Assembly: GCA_964577675.1 (NCBI GenBank)
Contig: CAZNZQ010000003.1
Coordinates: 3,330-67,329, forward strand
Reading direction: 5' to 3'
DNA: 64,000 bases
From: an uncultured Candidatus Saccharibacteria bacterium
GTDB taxonomy: Bacteria; Patescibacteriota; Minisyncoccia; Phycocordibacterales; UBA5272
The notes beneath the pieces were generated by a model. That model searched no databases and was not told the origin of the DNA. It saw only the letters and a list, made by a program, of their open reading frames with translations. Shown piece by piece: positions 27,646-36,180 of the stretch (position 1 is the stretch's first letter; every line of letters starts with the position of its first letter). A program made the position numbers and the translations under genes.

Positions 27646-28827
27646 CTAACAGTCTCCCACAGACCATGACCCTTTGGCAGATAGTTTTACGCGAGGCTTC
27701 TCGTCATTTGCGATATGGAGTAGCCCAGCTGAAGCAATCATGAGAGCATTATCGGTGGAAAGGTTTCTGTTTGGAATAAATAGTGAAAAGCCTTCGCTGT
27801 CAGCTAGTTGCTTAAGGGCGAACCTAATATGTGTGTTGGCACTTACTCCACCACCAATAATGAGACTCTTAGCCCCAGTCTCGTAGATTGCTTGCCTCAC
27901 TTTCGCCACCAGGACGTCAGTCACTGAGTTTTCGAACTCAAGCGCGAGCATCTTCTTCACTTTGTCGTCGAGCTCTCCCTCCTTTTTCACTTTGGTAAGT
28001 ACGGAGGTCTTTAATCCGCTAAAAGAAAAGAACAGGTCTTTGCTGTGAAGCATCGGACGTGGGAGTCTCAGGTCTTCTCTAACAACGAGACTTTCTTTTC
28101 TTGCTTGTTCTGCGAGACGAGAGATTTCTGGTCCTCCGGGGTAAGGGAGTGAGAGCATGCGTGCCACCTTATCAAAAGCTTCACCGACCGCATCATCTTT
28201 TGTCTTTCCTATAACTTTGTACGAACGGAGGCGAGGGATGTGAGCTATCTCCGTGTGTCCACCTGAAATGAGTAGTGCGCACGCCGGGAGTTCAAAATCA
28301 GTTAACTCAAAGAACGTGTCATTTTGCGAGAGGAGAGCTGCGATAATGTGCCCTTCCATGTGGTTCACTGGGTAGATAGGGATATCCCAGACTGTGTTTA
28401 GGGCGAGGGCTGCATTAATCCCAACCCAGAGCGCAGGCTCAAGGCCTGGGCCTTCTGTAACTGCAATCGCGTCAATCGCTGGCTTTTGTATTCCTTCAAA
28501 GAGCACTTTCATAGCATTTAGCATCTCAGGCTCCTTCTCAAGTAAAACCTCTAGTTTTTTCCTGTCTCCGTTTGGAATGTGGTAAGTATTAGTTCTCTCT
28601 ACTAAGACTTCAGCTTCACCGAGTGCCTCTGCGATAAGTTGTGTGATTGCTTTTGCATGCTCACGCTTGGCGAGAGCAGGGAAGACGCCGCCGTATTGTT
28701 TATGAAGATCTATCTGTGAAAGTATGCGATGAGACAATACCTCGAAGCGGACATTCTTTCCGCGCACACGCTTTACTATGGAGATGGCTGTCTCGTCACA
28801 GCTAGTTTCTATTGCGAGAAGTAACAT
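27646..28827 (-). CDS. tsaD: tRNA N6-adenosine threonylcarbamoyltransferase
   Basis: IETSCDET, GPGL, NHMEGH, ISGGHT, DDAVGEAFDK, FSFSGLK, GGVSAN, TDNALMI. Confidence 0.96.
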   Translation of the reverse strand: MLLLAIETSCDETAISIVKRVRGKNVRFEVLSHRILSQIDLHKQYGGVFPALAKREHAKAITQLIAEALGEAEVLVERTNTYHIPNGDRKKLEVLLEKEPEMLNAMKVLFEGIQKPAIDAIAVTEGPGLEPALWVGINAALALNTVWDIPIYPVNHMEGHIIAALLSQNDTFFELTDFELPACALLISGGHTEIAHIPRLRSYKVIGKTKDDAVGEAFDKVARMLSLPYPGGPEISRLAEQARKESLVVREDLRLPRPMLHSKDLFFSFSGLKTSVLTKVKKEGELDDKVKKMLALEFENSVTDVLVAKVRQAIYETGAKSLIIGGGVSANTHIRFALKQLADSEGFSLFIPNRNLSTDNALMIASAGLLHIANDEKPRVKLSAKGSWSVGDC

Positions 28828-28959
28828 AAGGTAGATCGTTAGAGATTAGACTTTAGCCTGTTAGGCGATGAGAAACCTAACAAATATGGTAAAAGTATAC
28901 TACATTTCAGATTTTTTATATTAGTTGCACTGCGACCATCTTTGCCATAGAGTATAGGT

Positions 28960-29406
28960 ATGAAAATTACAGTTATAAGTGTTGGGAAAAGTCACATGGA
29001 TGATACTACAGACCTTATCTCATATTACCAGCTGAAAATCCTGAGACATTTACCGCTAGAGTGGGTATTTATCCCGCACGAGGCGACGAAAGAAAAAGAG
29101 GCGGTAAAGATAATTGCGCAACTAAAGAAAGACGACTATGTAGTTCTTTTGGATGAGAAGGGAAGAGAGATGAAGAGTGAAGCATTTGCAGAACTTCTCG
29201 AGAATCGCATGGTGGACTCGGTGAGGAGAGTGGTGTTTATTATTGGAGGCGCCTACGGCGCCTCCAAAGAAATAGAAGAGCGTGCGAACTATGTATGGAA
29301 GTTATCTACACTTGTCTTCCCTCACATGCTCGTAAGAGTCATCCTCGTAGAGCAGCTCTATAGAGCTCTCTCAATATTAAAAGGGGAGAAGTATCATCAC
29401 GAGTAA
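28960..29406 (+). CDS. rlmH: 23S rRNA (pseudouridine1915-N3)-methyltransferase
   Basis: LDEKG, FIIGGAYG, FPHMLVR..L.EQLYRA, YHHE. Confidence 0.95.
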   Translation: MKITVISVGKSHMDDTTDLISYYQLKILRHLPLEWVFIPHEATKEKEAVKIIAQLKKDDYVVLLDEKGREMKSEAFAELLENRMVDSVRRVVFIIGGAYGASKEIEERANYVWKLSTLVFPHMLVRVILVEQLYRALSILKGEKYHHE

Positions 29407-29422
29407 CCGTTCTTATCGTTAT

Positions 29423-29458
29423 AAGAAAAATATCAGCCGCTTAGCTGATATTTTTCTT
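29423..29458. terminator. bidirectional terminator downstream of rlmH
   Basis: AAGAAAAATATCAGC-cgctta-GCTGATATTTTTCTT. Confidence 0.85.
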
Positions 29459-29465
29459 TGTTGTG

Positions 29466-29477
29466 AGCCTTCTCGTG
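29466..29477 (+). repeat. left att core (AGCCTTCTCGTG)
   Basis: identical to 49491-49502. Confidence 0.75.
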
Positions 29478-29613
29478 ATAGAACCTAGGATGTTCGTTAC
29501 GGGGTAAGGCTTATTGGTTATATTTTAGCATATCGTTTTGACCCTTCTCGAGAGTAGATAAAAAGTGACAAAAGTGACACAAATAAGACTTATAAGGTTA
29601 CAGTTAGGTGTAA

Positions 29614-29991
29614 CTATTTCTTAAAGATTTTCCTTACAATAACAAAAGCAACTATACCTACCACAGCCCATATGATTTCAAAGTAATCACTAGCAAATAC
29701 TTCTGGACCAAAGATAAGTCCAATAATAAAGAGGATTCCAAAAAAGAAGTATCGGTTAAGTACACTACCAAGCATTGCCCATCTTCCTGTAAGAATAAAG
29801 ACCAGTAATGCTACTCCAAGAAGACTTAAAAGAATTTCACCAACACCAACCCAATGAGCTTTTAGAAAGGTTATCAGTATGCCCCAAAGAATCTTGAAAG
29901 CATTTATAGTGCCTTCTTGAATTGCATTTAGCATCATAGTAACCATTTGTGCCGGAAAATCTACCCCTAGCGGTTGTGTTGTTGTTCCCAT
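29614..29991 (-). CDS. hypothetical membrane protein
   Basis: 125 aa, 3-4 hydrophobic helices. Confidence 0.7.
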   Translation of the reverse strand: MGTTTQPLGVDFPAQMVTMMLNAIQEGTINAFKILWGILITFLKAHWVGVGEILLSLLGVALLVFILTGRWAMLGSVLNRYFFFGILFIIGLIFGPEVFASDYFEIIWAVVGIVAFVIVRKIFKK

Positions 29992-30072
29992 CCTGCAATC
30001 CTATCAAAACTGTAGGAAAATAGGAATTATTTCCTTATAAAAGAAGTACTCACAAAATGCTATAATACTCTC

Positions 30073-31428
30073 ATGAAAAAACCAGGAATAGTATATATTT
30101 TAGGTGCTGGAGCAAGTGCAAATGCTCTTCCTGTTGTAAGTGAAATGATTGAAAGGTTGCAGATTTTTTATCTTACGCTTTTCATTTTAAGCATCTCTGA
30201 TAGTTTAGAGCCTGAAAATAGTGAACGAACGAAGAAGCTGATGAAAGAACTTAAAGATCTTCTTGGTAATTTGAAAAATAAAAGATCTATTGATACTTAT
30301 GCGAAGGAACTATATATCAAAAAAGACACAAATAAATTAGATATACTAAAAGCATTACTCGGCACATATCTTTCTTTTGAGGAGATGTTTTCTGACGATG
30401 AAATGAGATCTTTTTTTGAAACAAAGTTTCCTAATATCATAGATTCTGACGGTTTAAATGATGACAAGAGAAGTCCTGGAGTATTAAACTCACTTAACAC
30501 AGAAACAAAAAATAAACTTAAACAGCCAGGTAATTCTGGACCAGAATACATTGATGAGTTAAGTTGCTTAAGATATTTATACAGAAAGAATATATCAACT
30601 CAAAAATATCAAAATAATAAAACAAAGATCGACCAAAGATACATTAACTTTTTGATTGATGTTATGGAAGAAGTTGATTCATTTCCTTCTAATATTAAAT
30701 TCTTTTCATGGAATTATGATTCTCAATTTCTCCATGCAATAAAAAATTTAGAGTTTAAAATACCCGTCAAAGATGGGGTTATTGATTACCTTTTTTTGAA
30801 AAGACTAAATGGTGTTGCTGCAAGAAAAGGAATAAATCCTGCCACTATTAGTTCTGGATTAAAAATAGAAGACAAAATTATTGAAGCATCGGACTGTTTC
30901 TGGAGATTAAGCCATCCTGATAGTAGAGACGACAATCTGTTAGTTAAGTTTGCTTTCGAACAAGATCAAAATATAGAGAAACTGGAAGTCTCTTCTCACC
31001 TAGATGATTTTGATTCAGTATCTGACCTAGTTATTATTGGCTATTCTTTTCCATTATCAAATAGAAATATTGATAAAAATGTTTTTGAAGCAATTCTTAA
31101 GAAGGTTGAATATACGAGAGATAAAATAATTAACCTAAAAATTTATATACAAGTTCCACCTGATTCAGATGTAAATAACGATCAGTATATAATTACAAAA
31201 GCAAAAATTACGACAGTTGTTAATTCAATTATTCCTGAACTCGATTTATCAAGCGATGGGAATGAATTATCTCACACAAGAAAAGTCACTCCACAACCAT
31301 GGCCGGAGTCAGATGTTGTTGTTCCTGGGTACAATAAAGCTCCTAAAGACGAAATATTTGAAACACTGAAAATTAAATTTTACAGGCAGTGGGATCCTGT
31401 TAACTTCTATATACCACAATCCTTTTAG
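30073..31428 (+). CDS. SIR2-like domain protein (putative defence NADase)
   Basis: ILGAGASA, FFSWNYD, RLNG, LVIIGYSFP..N..D motifs. Confidence 0.75.
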   Translation: MKKPGIVYILGAGASANALPVVSEMIERLQIFYLTLFILSISDSLEPENSERTKKLMKELKDLLGNLKNKRSIDTYAKELYIKKDTNKLDILKALLGTYLSFEEMFSDDEMRSFFETKFPNIIDSDGLNDDKRSPGVLNSLNTETKNKLKQPGNSGPEYIDELSCLRYLYRKNISTQKYQNNKTKIDQRYINFLIDVMEEVDSFPSNIKFFSWNYDSQFLHAIKNLEFKIPVKDGVIDYLFLKRLNGVAARKGINPATISSGLKIEDKIIEASDCFWRLSHPDSRDDNLLVKFAFEQDQNIEKLEVSSHLDDFDSVSDLVIIGYSFPLSNRNIDKNVFEAILKKVEYTRDKIINLKIYIQVPPDSDVNNDQYIITKAKITTVVNSIIPELDLSSDGNELSHTRKVTPQPWPESDVVVPGYNKAPKDEIFETLKIKFYRQWDPVNFYIPQSF

Positions 31429-32681
31429 TTTCCGTCTTTTCCAACCTCCACTACTTTAATGTAGTTCATGATCTTATATTTCTCCACTTTCTTACGAAGA
31501 TCTGCATACTTGTACCATTCAGCAGATGTGTGCCAAGTCTTACCATCTTTTTCGTAACTATATCCTCTTGAGTTAGTGAACTTCTTTGGAGGTAAAAAGT
31601 CTTCATTATCTTTTATAAGAAAAACCTGTGCCCAAGTACCTTTACCATAATGGCTTATGGTTCGAGCTTTAAGTATTCCTTGTCTAATCCATTTCTGTAT
31701 CGTTGGGCTTTTTAGATTAAATCTATTTTGAATATCAAAACTTGAATACCAACTATCTCTGAATTTCATCAGTGATCCAGGTATCTCTTTTTTATCAATA
31801 GCTCTCTGACACACAAGACATTTAACACCCCACTTGTCATACCAAAAATCTCCATCTTGATTATATTGACCACAGAGTGAACAAGAAGATCCTCCGTGTC
31901 CTTCAACCGCAAAACCATTTGGTTCCTCTTTCAGTCTTTCTTGCTTCGCTTTTTCATCTTCTTGAAACTCCTTTGTAATCTTGGTTAAGCCTTCTAGACT
32001 CCATTTGGCATCTAGGTACTCTTTACCTTCTTCTTCGGTAAGGCAGTATTTATCTCTATCAGTGGCAAAATTCTCGTCATAGTTATCTTCTTTGTGTCGC
32101 CATGTGTAATCTTCAGATCTCTTATATTTACACTTAGCACATGAATATGTCGTAGTACTTACTTTACCATCATCTTTCATGGTAACTGCTAGTGGTTTAT
32201 CACAATGAGGACACAGGTCTGGTTTTGATCTCCATTCTTCACCATCAGAATAAAAAGCTCTACGAGGGAAACACTTATTTGGACACTCAAACATAAAGAG
32301 TATTCTGTCTTCTTTGTCTAAGTTAGACATTAGCTCTTTGAATATTGGAGTAAGTCTATTTCTGCAAGTAAGACATCTAACATTCTCCGGTGGTTCTGCC
32401 GATTCATACAGCTCATCTTTTTTCCTGTCAGCATCCATCCGTTCTTGAACAGTTTTGTCTCTATTTGCATACCGCTCTCCTTTCTCAAAATAGAGTTGCA
32501 TGTCATGGACCCATTTATTAACTTGCTTCGCTTCCTTCTTAGTTATCTTTTTATCTTTAAGAGCTTTTGGGTCAATATCATCGTCATAAGGTCTATCTAT
32601 TCTACGACAATGATCAACAGTAAATCGGTCATAGCGATCGAGGTATTCTTGTCTATCTTTAAGATAGAGGATTCTCTCCAT
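31425..32681 (-). CDS. hypothetical multi-zinc-ribbon protein with C-terminal HTH-like segment
   Basis: several Cys pairs (CLTC, CPNKC, CPHC, CAKC, CSLC, CLVC); FNLKSPTIQKWIRQG resembles MerR/excisionase HTH. Confidence 0.65.
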   Translation of the reverse strand: MERILYLKDRQEYLDRYDRFTVDHCRRIDRPYDDDIDPKALKDKKITKKEAKQVNKWVHDMQLYFEKGERYANRDKTVQERMDADRKKDELYESAEPPENVRCLTCRNRLTPIFKELMSNLDKEDRILFMFECPNKCFPRRAFYSDGEEWRSKPDLCPHCDKPLAVTMKDDGKVSTTTYSCAKCKYKRSEDYTWRHKEDNYDENFATDRDKYCLTEEEGKEYLDAKWSLEGLTKITKEFQEDEKAKQERLKEEPNGFAVEGHGGSSCSLCGQYNQDGDFWYDKWGVKCLVCQRAIDKKEIPGSLMKFRDSWYSSFDIQNRFNLKSPTIQKWIRQGILKARTISHYGKGTWAQVFLIKDNEDFLPPKKFTNSRGYSYEKDGKTWHTSAEWYKYADLRKKVEKYKIMNYIKVVEVGKDGN

Positions 32682-32707
32682 AACATACTAATTATACTCT
32701 TCTAGTT

Positions 32708-33256
32708 TTATTTTGATAACTCTTTTTTTATTTCCTTAATCGTTTTAAAAGGTTTCTCATCTAAATACTTTGATATTACTACTTTTTGTAGGTGCTTAGC
32801 TTTATATTTTAAGAAGTCTGTGTCTGATATTAGTGGTGTATCGTCCATTATTCTTTTATAAGAATTCAACAATTCTATGCCTTTAGCAATTACAGTGGAT
32901 TCATCGATTTTTGAAATATCTTCTCCACAAAAAACTTTTGCTTCTCTGATCCAGCTACCCCAAGACTTTACTGCGATACTTCTTTCTAGAATCTTTAAAT
33001 CAAAGTTTAATATTGCAGGCACAATACTTGCGATAAAAACACTCGCTGAAAATAAACCTAGGTAAAATGTCTGTACTGGGTTTAGTGAAGAAAAAATAAA
33101 CATCGAAGAAATAGCTGACCCTATTCCTACATACAGTAAGAATATTTTATTAGTCAAAACTATTCTATCTTTAATATTATTTTGTATACTTCTTGTCTGC
33201 TCTGCTTTCCTACAAAGACTTATAATTTCTTGGTGTGTATTATTTTTTGATTCCAT
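32708..33256 (-). CDS. two-TM CBASS effector (SLATT-like)
   Basis: two adjacent TM helices then a helical soluble tail; directly downstream of CD-NTase and HORMA. Confidence 0.65.
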   Translation of the reverse strand: MESKNNTHQEIISLCRKAEQTRSIQNNIKDRIVLTNKIFLLYVGIGSAISSMFIFSSLNPVQTFYLGLFSASVFIASIVPAILNFDLKILERSIAVKSWGSWIREAKVFCGEDISKIDESTVIAKGIELLNSYKRIMDDTPLISDTDFLKYKAKHLQKVVISKYLDEKPFKTIKEIKKELSK

Positions 33257-33257
33257 A

Positions 33258-33731
33258 TTAGTTAAAGTCTAGTCTATCAACCCCCGCAGATTCATGAGTA
33301 TACATTCTTGATAACTCTTGAGATAAATGCGGGAATTCAACATTAGTGCTCGATGGACTCCAGATACTTTTAAGGTTTTCTGTCTGAAAAGAGTATCTTC
33401 TGTCCTCTGGTAGATTTATGTATTCTTTTGAGTACATTATAACCACACTTAATCCATGTCCTTCACCATCCTCCCAATCTATGCCGCCAGGTCGGTCATT
33501 GTGGACTCTATCCGTACTACCAAGTCTATACTTTTTAGCCTTCAAAGGTACTCCATTCACATCATGCATTATAAGTGAAATAGTTTCTGCGTAACCAAAA
33601 ACCATATACTTTTTTACGTCATGTAAAATCTCATAACAGTAATCAATTGTCCAAAGATCAGTTTTTCTTGCTGCAATTTTAAAATCTGTTGCAATACTTT
33701 TGTGAAGTTTATTTAGTTCAGTTTGTGTCAT
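33258..33731 (-). CDS. cap7: bacterial HORMA domain protein (Cap7/HORMA1-like)
   Basis: IATDF, GYAETIS, NDRPGGI, IMYSKEY and terminal Y...G..R align by eye with E. coli HORMA1 (VATDL, GYLGEVS, DDDPGKI, MTYSSKY). Confidence 0.75.
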   Translation of the reverse strand: MTQTELNKLHKSIATDFKIAARKTDLWTIDYCYEILHDVKKYMVFGYAETISLIMHDVNGVPLKAKKYRLGSTDRVHNDRPGGIDWEDGEGHGLSVVIMYSKEYINLPEDRRYSFQTENLKSIWSPSSTNVEFPHLSQELSRMYTHESAGVDRLDFN

Positions 33732-33732
33732 A

Positions 33733-34683
33733 TTAGTTTTGGATTATGTCTATATTAAAATCTGAACCAAATATTTCCTTCCATAACTCAACCGTCGGCG
33801 TTAAGTACTCCTCCTCTTCAGCAAGCAAGAGTGTCTCAAAAGCAGTATCTGCTTTAATTCTTACAAGATTCCATTCAGTGTTAGAAACATTTTTAACAAT
33901 GTTGTTTTCTTCATGGGTTGGATCTGCAATATAGACATGACTTCCATCGTGTTGATATGTCCCGTATTTTGCGTTAAAAAGAAGAACAGGGAACTTTTTT
34001 TTACTTACAAGTCTAAAGAATCTTAAGATGGCTTCCTGTATATCAGGAACAACTCCTTTATTTATATCTAAATATGACACTATTAGCTCTATTGCAAAAG
34101 ATGACAGTTTAACATTCTGTACATTTCTCCATTTTTTTAAAATGCGGACTATTGTTGAATAGTTTACATTTTGTAATTTCCTATTCGCAATAAACTCTAA
34201 CTGTTTATCAGGAGATGTAAAATATATAGACCCATTCTCATCTGGTTGAGCTACATAATCTTCATCATTAGTTTTTCCAACGGGAACAATATCAACATTT
34301 AATCCAGATTCAACAAACTCCAATCCAGATGTTTTTGTGTTTGCCCAAAAGTCATCGTCACTTTTCTGATGATAGATACTTTTTAGTATCGGTAGTAGTA
34401 AGTCTTTTGTTTGATGAAGAGTCTCGTAACTGTCCGAGTCAATATTTAAAAAGAAAACTAAATCAATGTCTATAGGCACATCATCCTTTGGCTTTATCAT
34501 TGTACCTTTTTTCCATGAACCAGCCTGTAAAACTCTAAGTACTCTTGTATCAATATGTTCCCTTATTTTAGACTGAACAGAAGACACCAAGTAATCTATC
34601 TGATCTTGATGCCTCTTCTTCTCTTCCTTTGAGAATTTAATTCTATCTTTGTAATTTATTAGTTGTGCATTTGTTAAATTCAT
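33733..34683 (-). CDS. CD-NTase (cGAS/DncV-like, CdnC-like) cyclic oligonucleotide synthase
   Basis: GSWKKGT...DIDLV, VDIVP, RILKKWR, SFAIEL, IADP...NNI; start at MNLTN just after lexA stop. Confidence 0.88.
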   Translation of the reverse strand: MNLTNAQLINYKDRIKFSKEEKKRHQDQIDYLVSSVQSKIREHIDTRVLRVLQAGSWKKGTMIKPKDDVPIDIDLVFFLNIDSDSYETLHQTKDLLLPILKSIYHQKSDDDFWANTKTSGLEFVESGLNVDIVPVGKTNDEDYVAQPDENGSIYFTSPDKQLEFIANRKLQNVNYSTIVRILKKWRNVQNVKLSSFAIELIVSYLDINKGVVPDIQEAILRFFRLVSKKKFPVLLFNAKYGTYQHDGSHVYIADPTHEENNIVKNVSNTEWNLVRIKADTAFETLLLAEEEEYLTPTVELWKEIFGSDFNIDIIQN

Positions 34684-34687
34684 AAAC

Positions 34688-35308
34688 CTAGTAAAGATCC
34701 GACGGAAGTATCGCAACAACTACCCCTTGGATCGTGCAATTATTTGTTAATATGATTGGCTTATGGCTTTTGTCCTTGGACTTTGGTCGAAGAATAACAA
34801 CACCATTACCTTTCTCTAGAATCTTCACGGTTGCTTCATCATTGATAAGAGCAACTACTTTTTGTCCATCATCTGCTGTTTCTTGTTGTCGCACCAATAG
34901 TAAGTCACCATCATTAATTCCTGCATTATTCATTGATGTTCCTTTTGCACGAAGAATGAAATACTTTGAACCTGTCCTTGCTAGTGCAGTTGATACAGGT
35001 ATAAGTGTCTCAATATTTTCTTCTGCAAAAATAGGCATACCACACGCAACCGACCCTACTAGGGGAATGTTAATCGTGCTTATCGATTGTGTTGAATGAG
35101 TGCCTATAAGTTTCAATAACCTTCCTTCTTTCTTTATAACCTTTGCTTTAATTAAGCGGTTGATCAAAAGACTTGCTGAACGAGGAGACGAATCACCAGT
35201 TACTTTATTTATTTCAACTAGAGTTGGACTCTTCCCATAATGGATAATCTTGTTGCGGATAAGAGCAAAAGCTTTCTTGTCTTTGTCACTAAGGTTATTT
35301 GGTATCAT
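34688..35308 (-). CDS. lexA: LexA-family repressor/autopeptidase
   Basis: N-terminal wHTH (PTLVEI), IPLVGSVACG cleavage loop, catalytic Ser (GTSM) and Lys (ATVK). Confidence 0.9.
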   Translation of the reverse strand: MIPNNLSDKDKKAFALIRNKIIHYGKSPTLVEINKVTGDSSPRSASLLINRLIKAKVIKKEGRLLKLIGTHSTQSISTINIPLVGSVACGMPIFAEENIETLIPVSTALARTGSKYFILRAKGTSMNNAGINDGDLLLVRQQETADDGQKVVALINDEATVKILEKGNGVVILRPKSKDKSHKPIILTNNCTIQGVVVAILPSDLY

Positions 35309-35318
35309 GGTATAATTT

Positions 35319-35347
35319 AGTATAAATAACTATATACTTTTATGCAA
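35319..35347 (-). promoter_or_regulatory. lexA-CBASS promoter TTGCAT-N17-TATACT overlapped by inverted repeat AGTATA-N8-TATACT
   Basis: read directly; palindrome at 35319-35338. Confidence 0.6.
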
Positions 35348-35367
35348 GTCTTTGTTACAATAAAAAC

Positions 35368-36024
35368 ATGTCAGAAGAAAGTATGAGAATTTTAAAGGAA
35401 TCCTATCAAGCCATATTCAATGGACCCTCTTTTGCTGCCTTTCAAAGAGTTTCAAAAGAAACAGAAGAACACAGAGCTAGAATGCAGAATGTTTTTGAAC
35501 AGATAAAACCAAGTATTGATATTATGTCTAATTTTCAAGAACAAATGCGTGAAGCTAAGGAGTCTTATGTTTTCAAACTACCGTCGTATACTCTCCCCGA
35601 CAGGTCTGTTTTTATACAATCATATAAAGCACCCGAACAAAATATCCCTTCAGTAAAAAATAGAAGCTCGTATCACTTACCTATTGGATCATCGTGGGCA
35701 AAATTAACAATAAAGTTTTTTGATGGTCACACAGTAAAAGTAAGTCACTCAGACCTACCTATAAAAACATTTGATTACAAAGATATGGGATTTGCTGATC
35801 ATAAAACCAATAACCCTAATAATAAATGGAAATTATTGCAGTCCATGGCTGAAAATGGAGGTAGAATAACTAATGCTAAATACGATAGAAAATTTAGTAG
35901 AAATATTAAATATGAACTTAATTTAGGATTAAAAACTTTTTTCAATATGACTGAAAATCCTATATCAAACTACACCAAGAAAGAAGGTTATGTTGCGTCA
36001 TTTGTTCTCATGAAGGAGGGGTAA
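35368..36024 (+). CDS. hypothetical protein divergent from lexA
   Basis: 218 aa ORF; no recognised family. Confidence 0.65.
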   Translation: MSEESMRILKESYQAIFNGPSFAAFQRVSKETEEHRARMQNVFEQIKPSIDIMSNFQEQMREAKESYVFKLPSYTLPDRSVFIQSYKAPEQNIPSVKNRSSYHLPIGSSWAKLTIKFFDGHTVKVSHSDLPIKTFDYKDMGFADHKTNNPNNKWKLLQSMAENGGRITNAKYDRKFSRNIKYELNLGLKTFFNMTENPISNYTKKEGYVASFVLMKEG

Positions 36025-36064
36025 ATTGTCATTTTTCAATAAAGTTTAATTTTTCTTAAGCACC

Positions 36065-36093
36065 AAAAACTTATTCATTATGAATAAGTTTTT
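36065..36093 (+). terminator. intrinsic terminator
   Basis: AAAAACTTATTCA-tta-TGAATAAGTTTTT followed by T-run. Confidence 0.7.
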
Positions 36094-36117
36094 TGTTTTT
36101 ATCATAACAAAATTGTC

Positions 36118-36139
36118 ATATCGTCATTAATGACGATAT
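36118..36139. promoter_or_regulatory. perfect 22-bp palindrome upstream of methylase-terminase module
   Basis: ATATCGTCATTAATGACGATAT. Confidence 0.55.
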
Positions 36140-36180
36140 AGGGTAGGAAAGGCAATAATAATCTTTCCATAAATAGCCCT

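Noticed and set aside
29385-29406. SCCmec-style integration into the rlmH (orfX) 3' end
   Set aside because: The rlmH 3' end is not duplicated at the far boundary; the real direct repeat lies 60 bp downstream, past the terminator.
29454-29467. 14-bp reverse-complement identity (GCTCACAACAAAGA) between the attL flank and sRNA-1 (27124-27137)
   Set aside because: Several 14-mer matches are expected by chance in 64 kb and no mechanism is supported; recorded only in case homologues conserve it.
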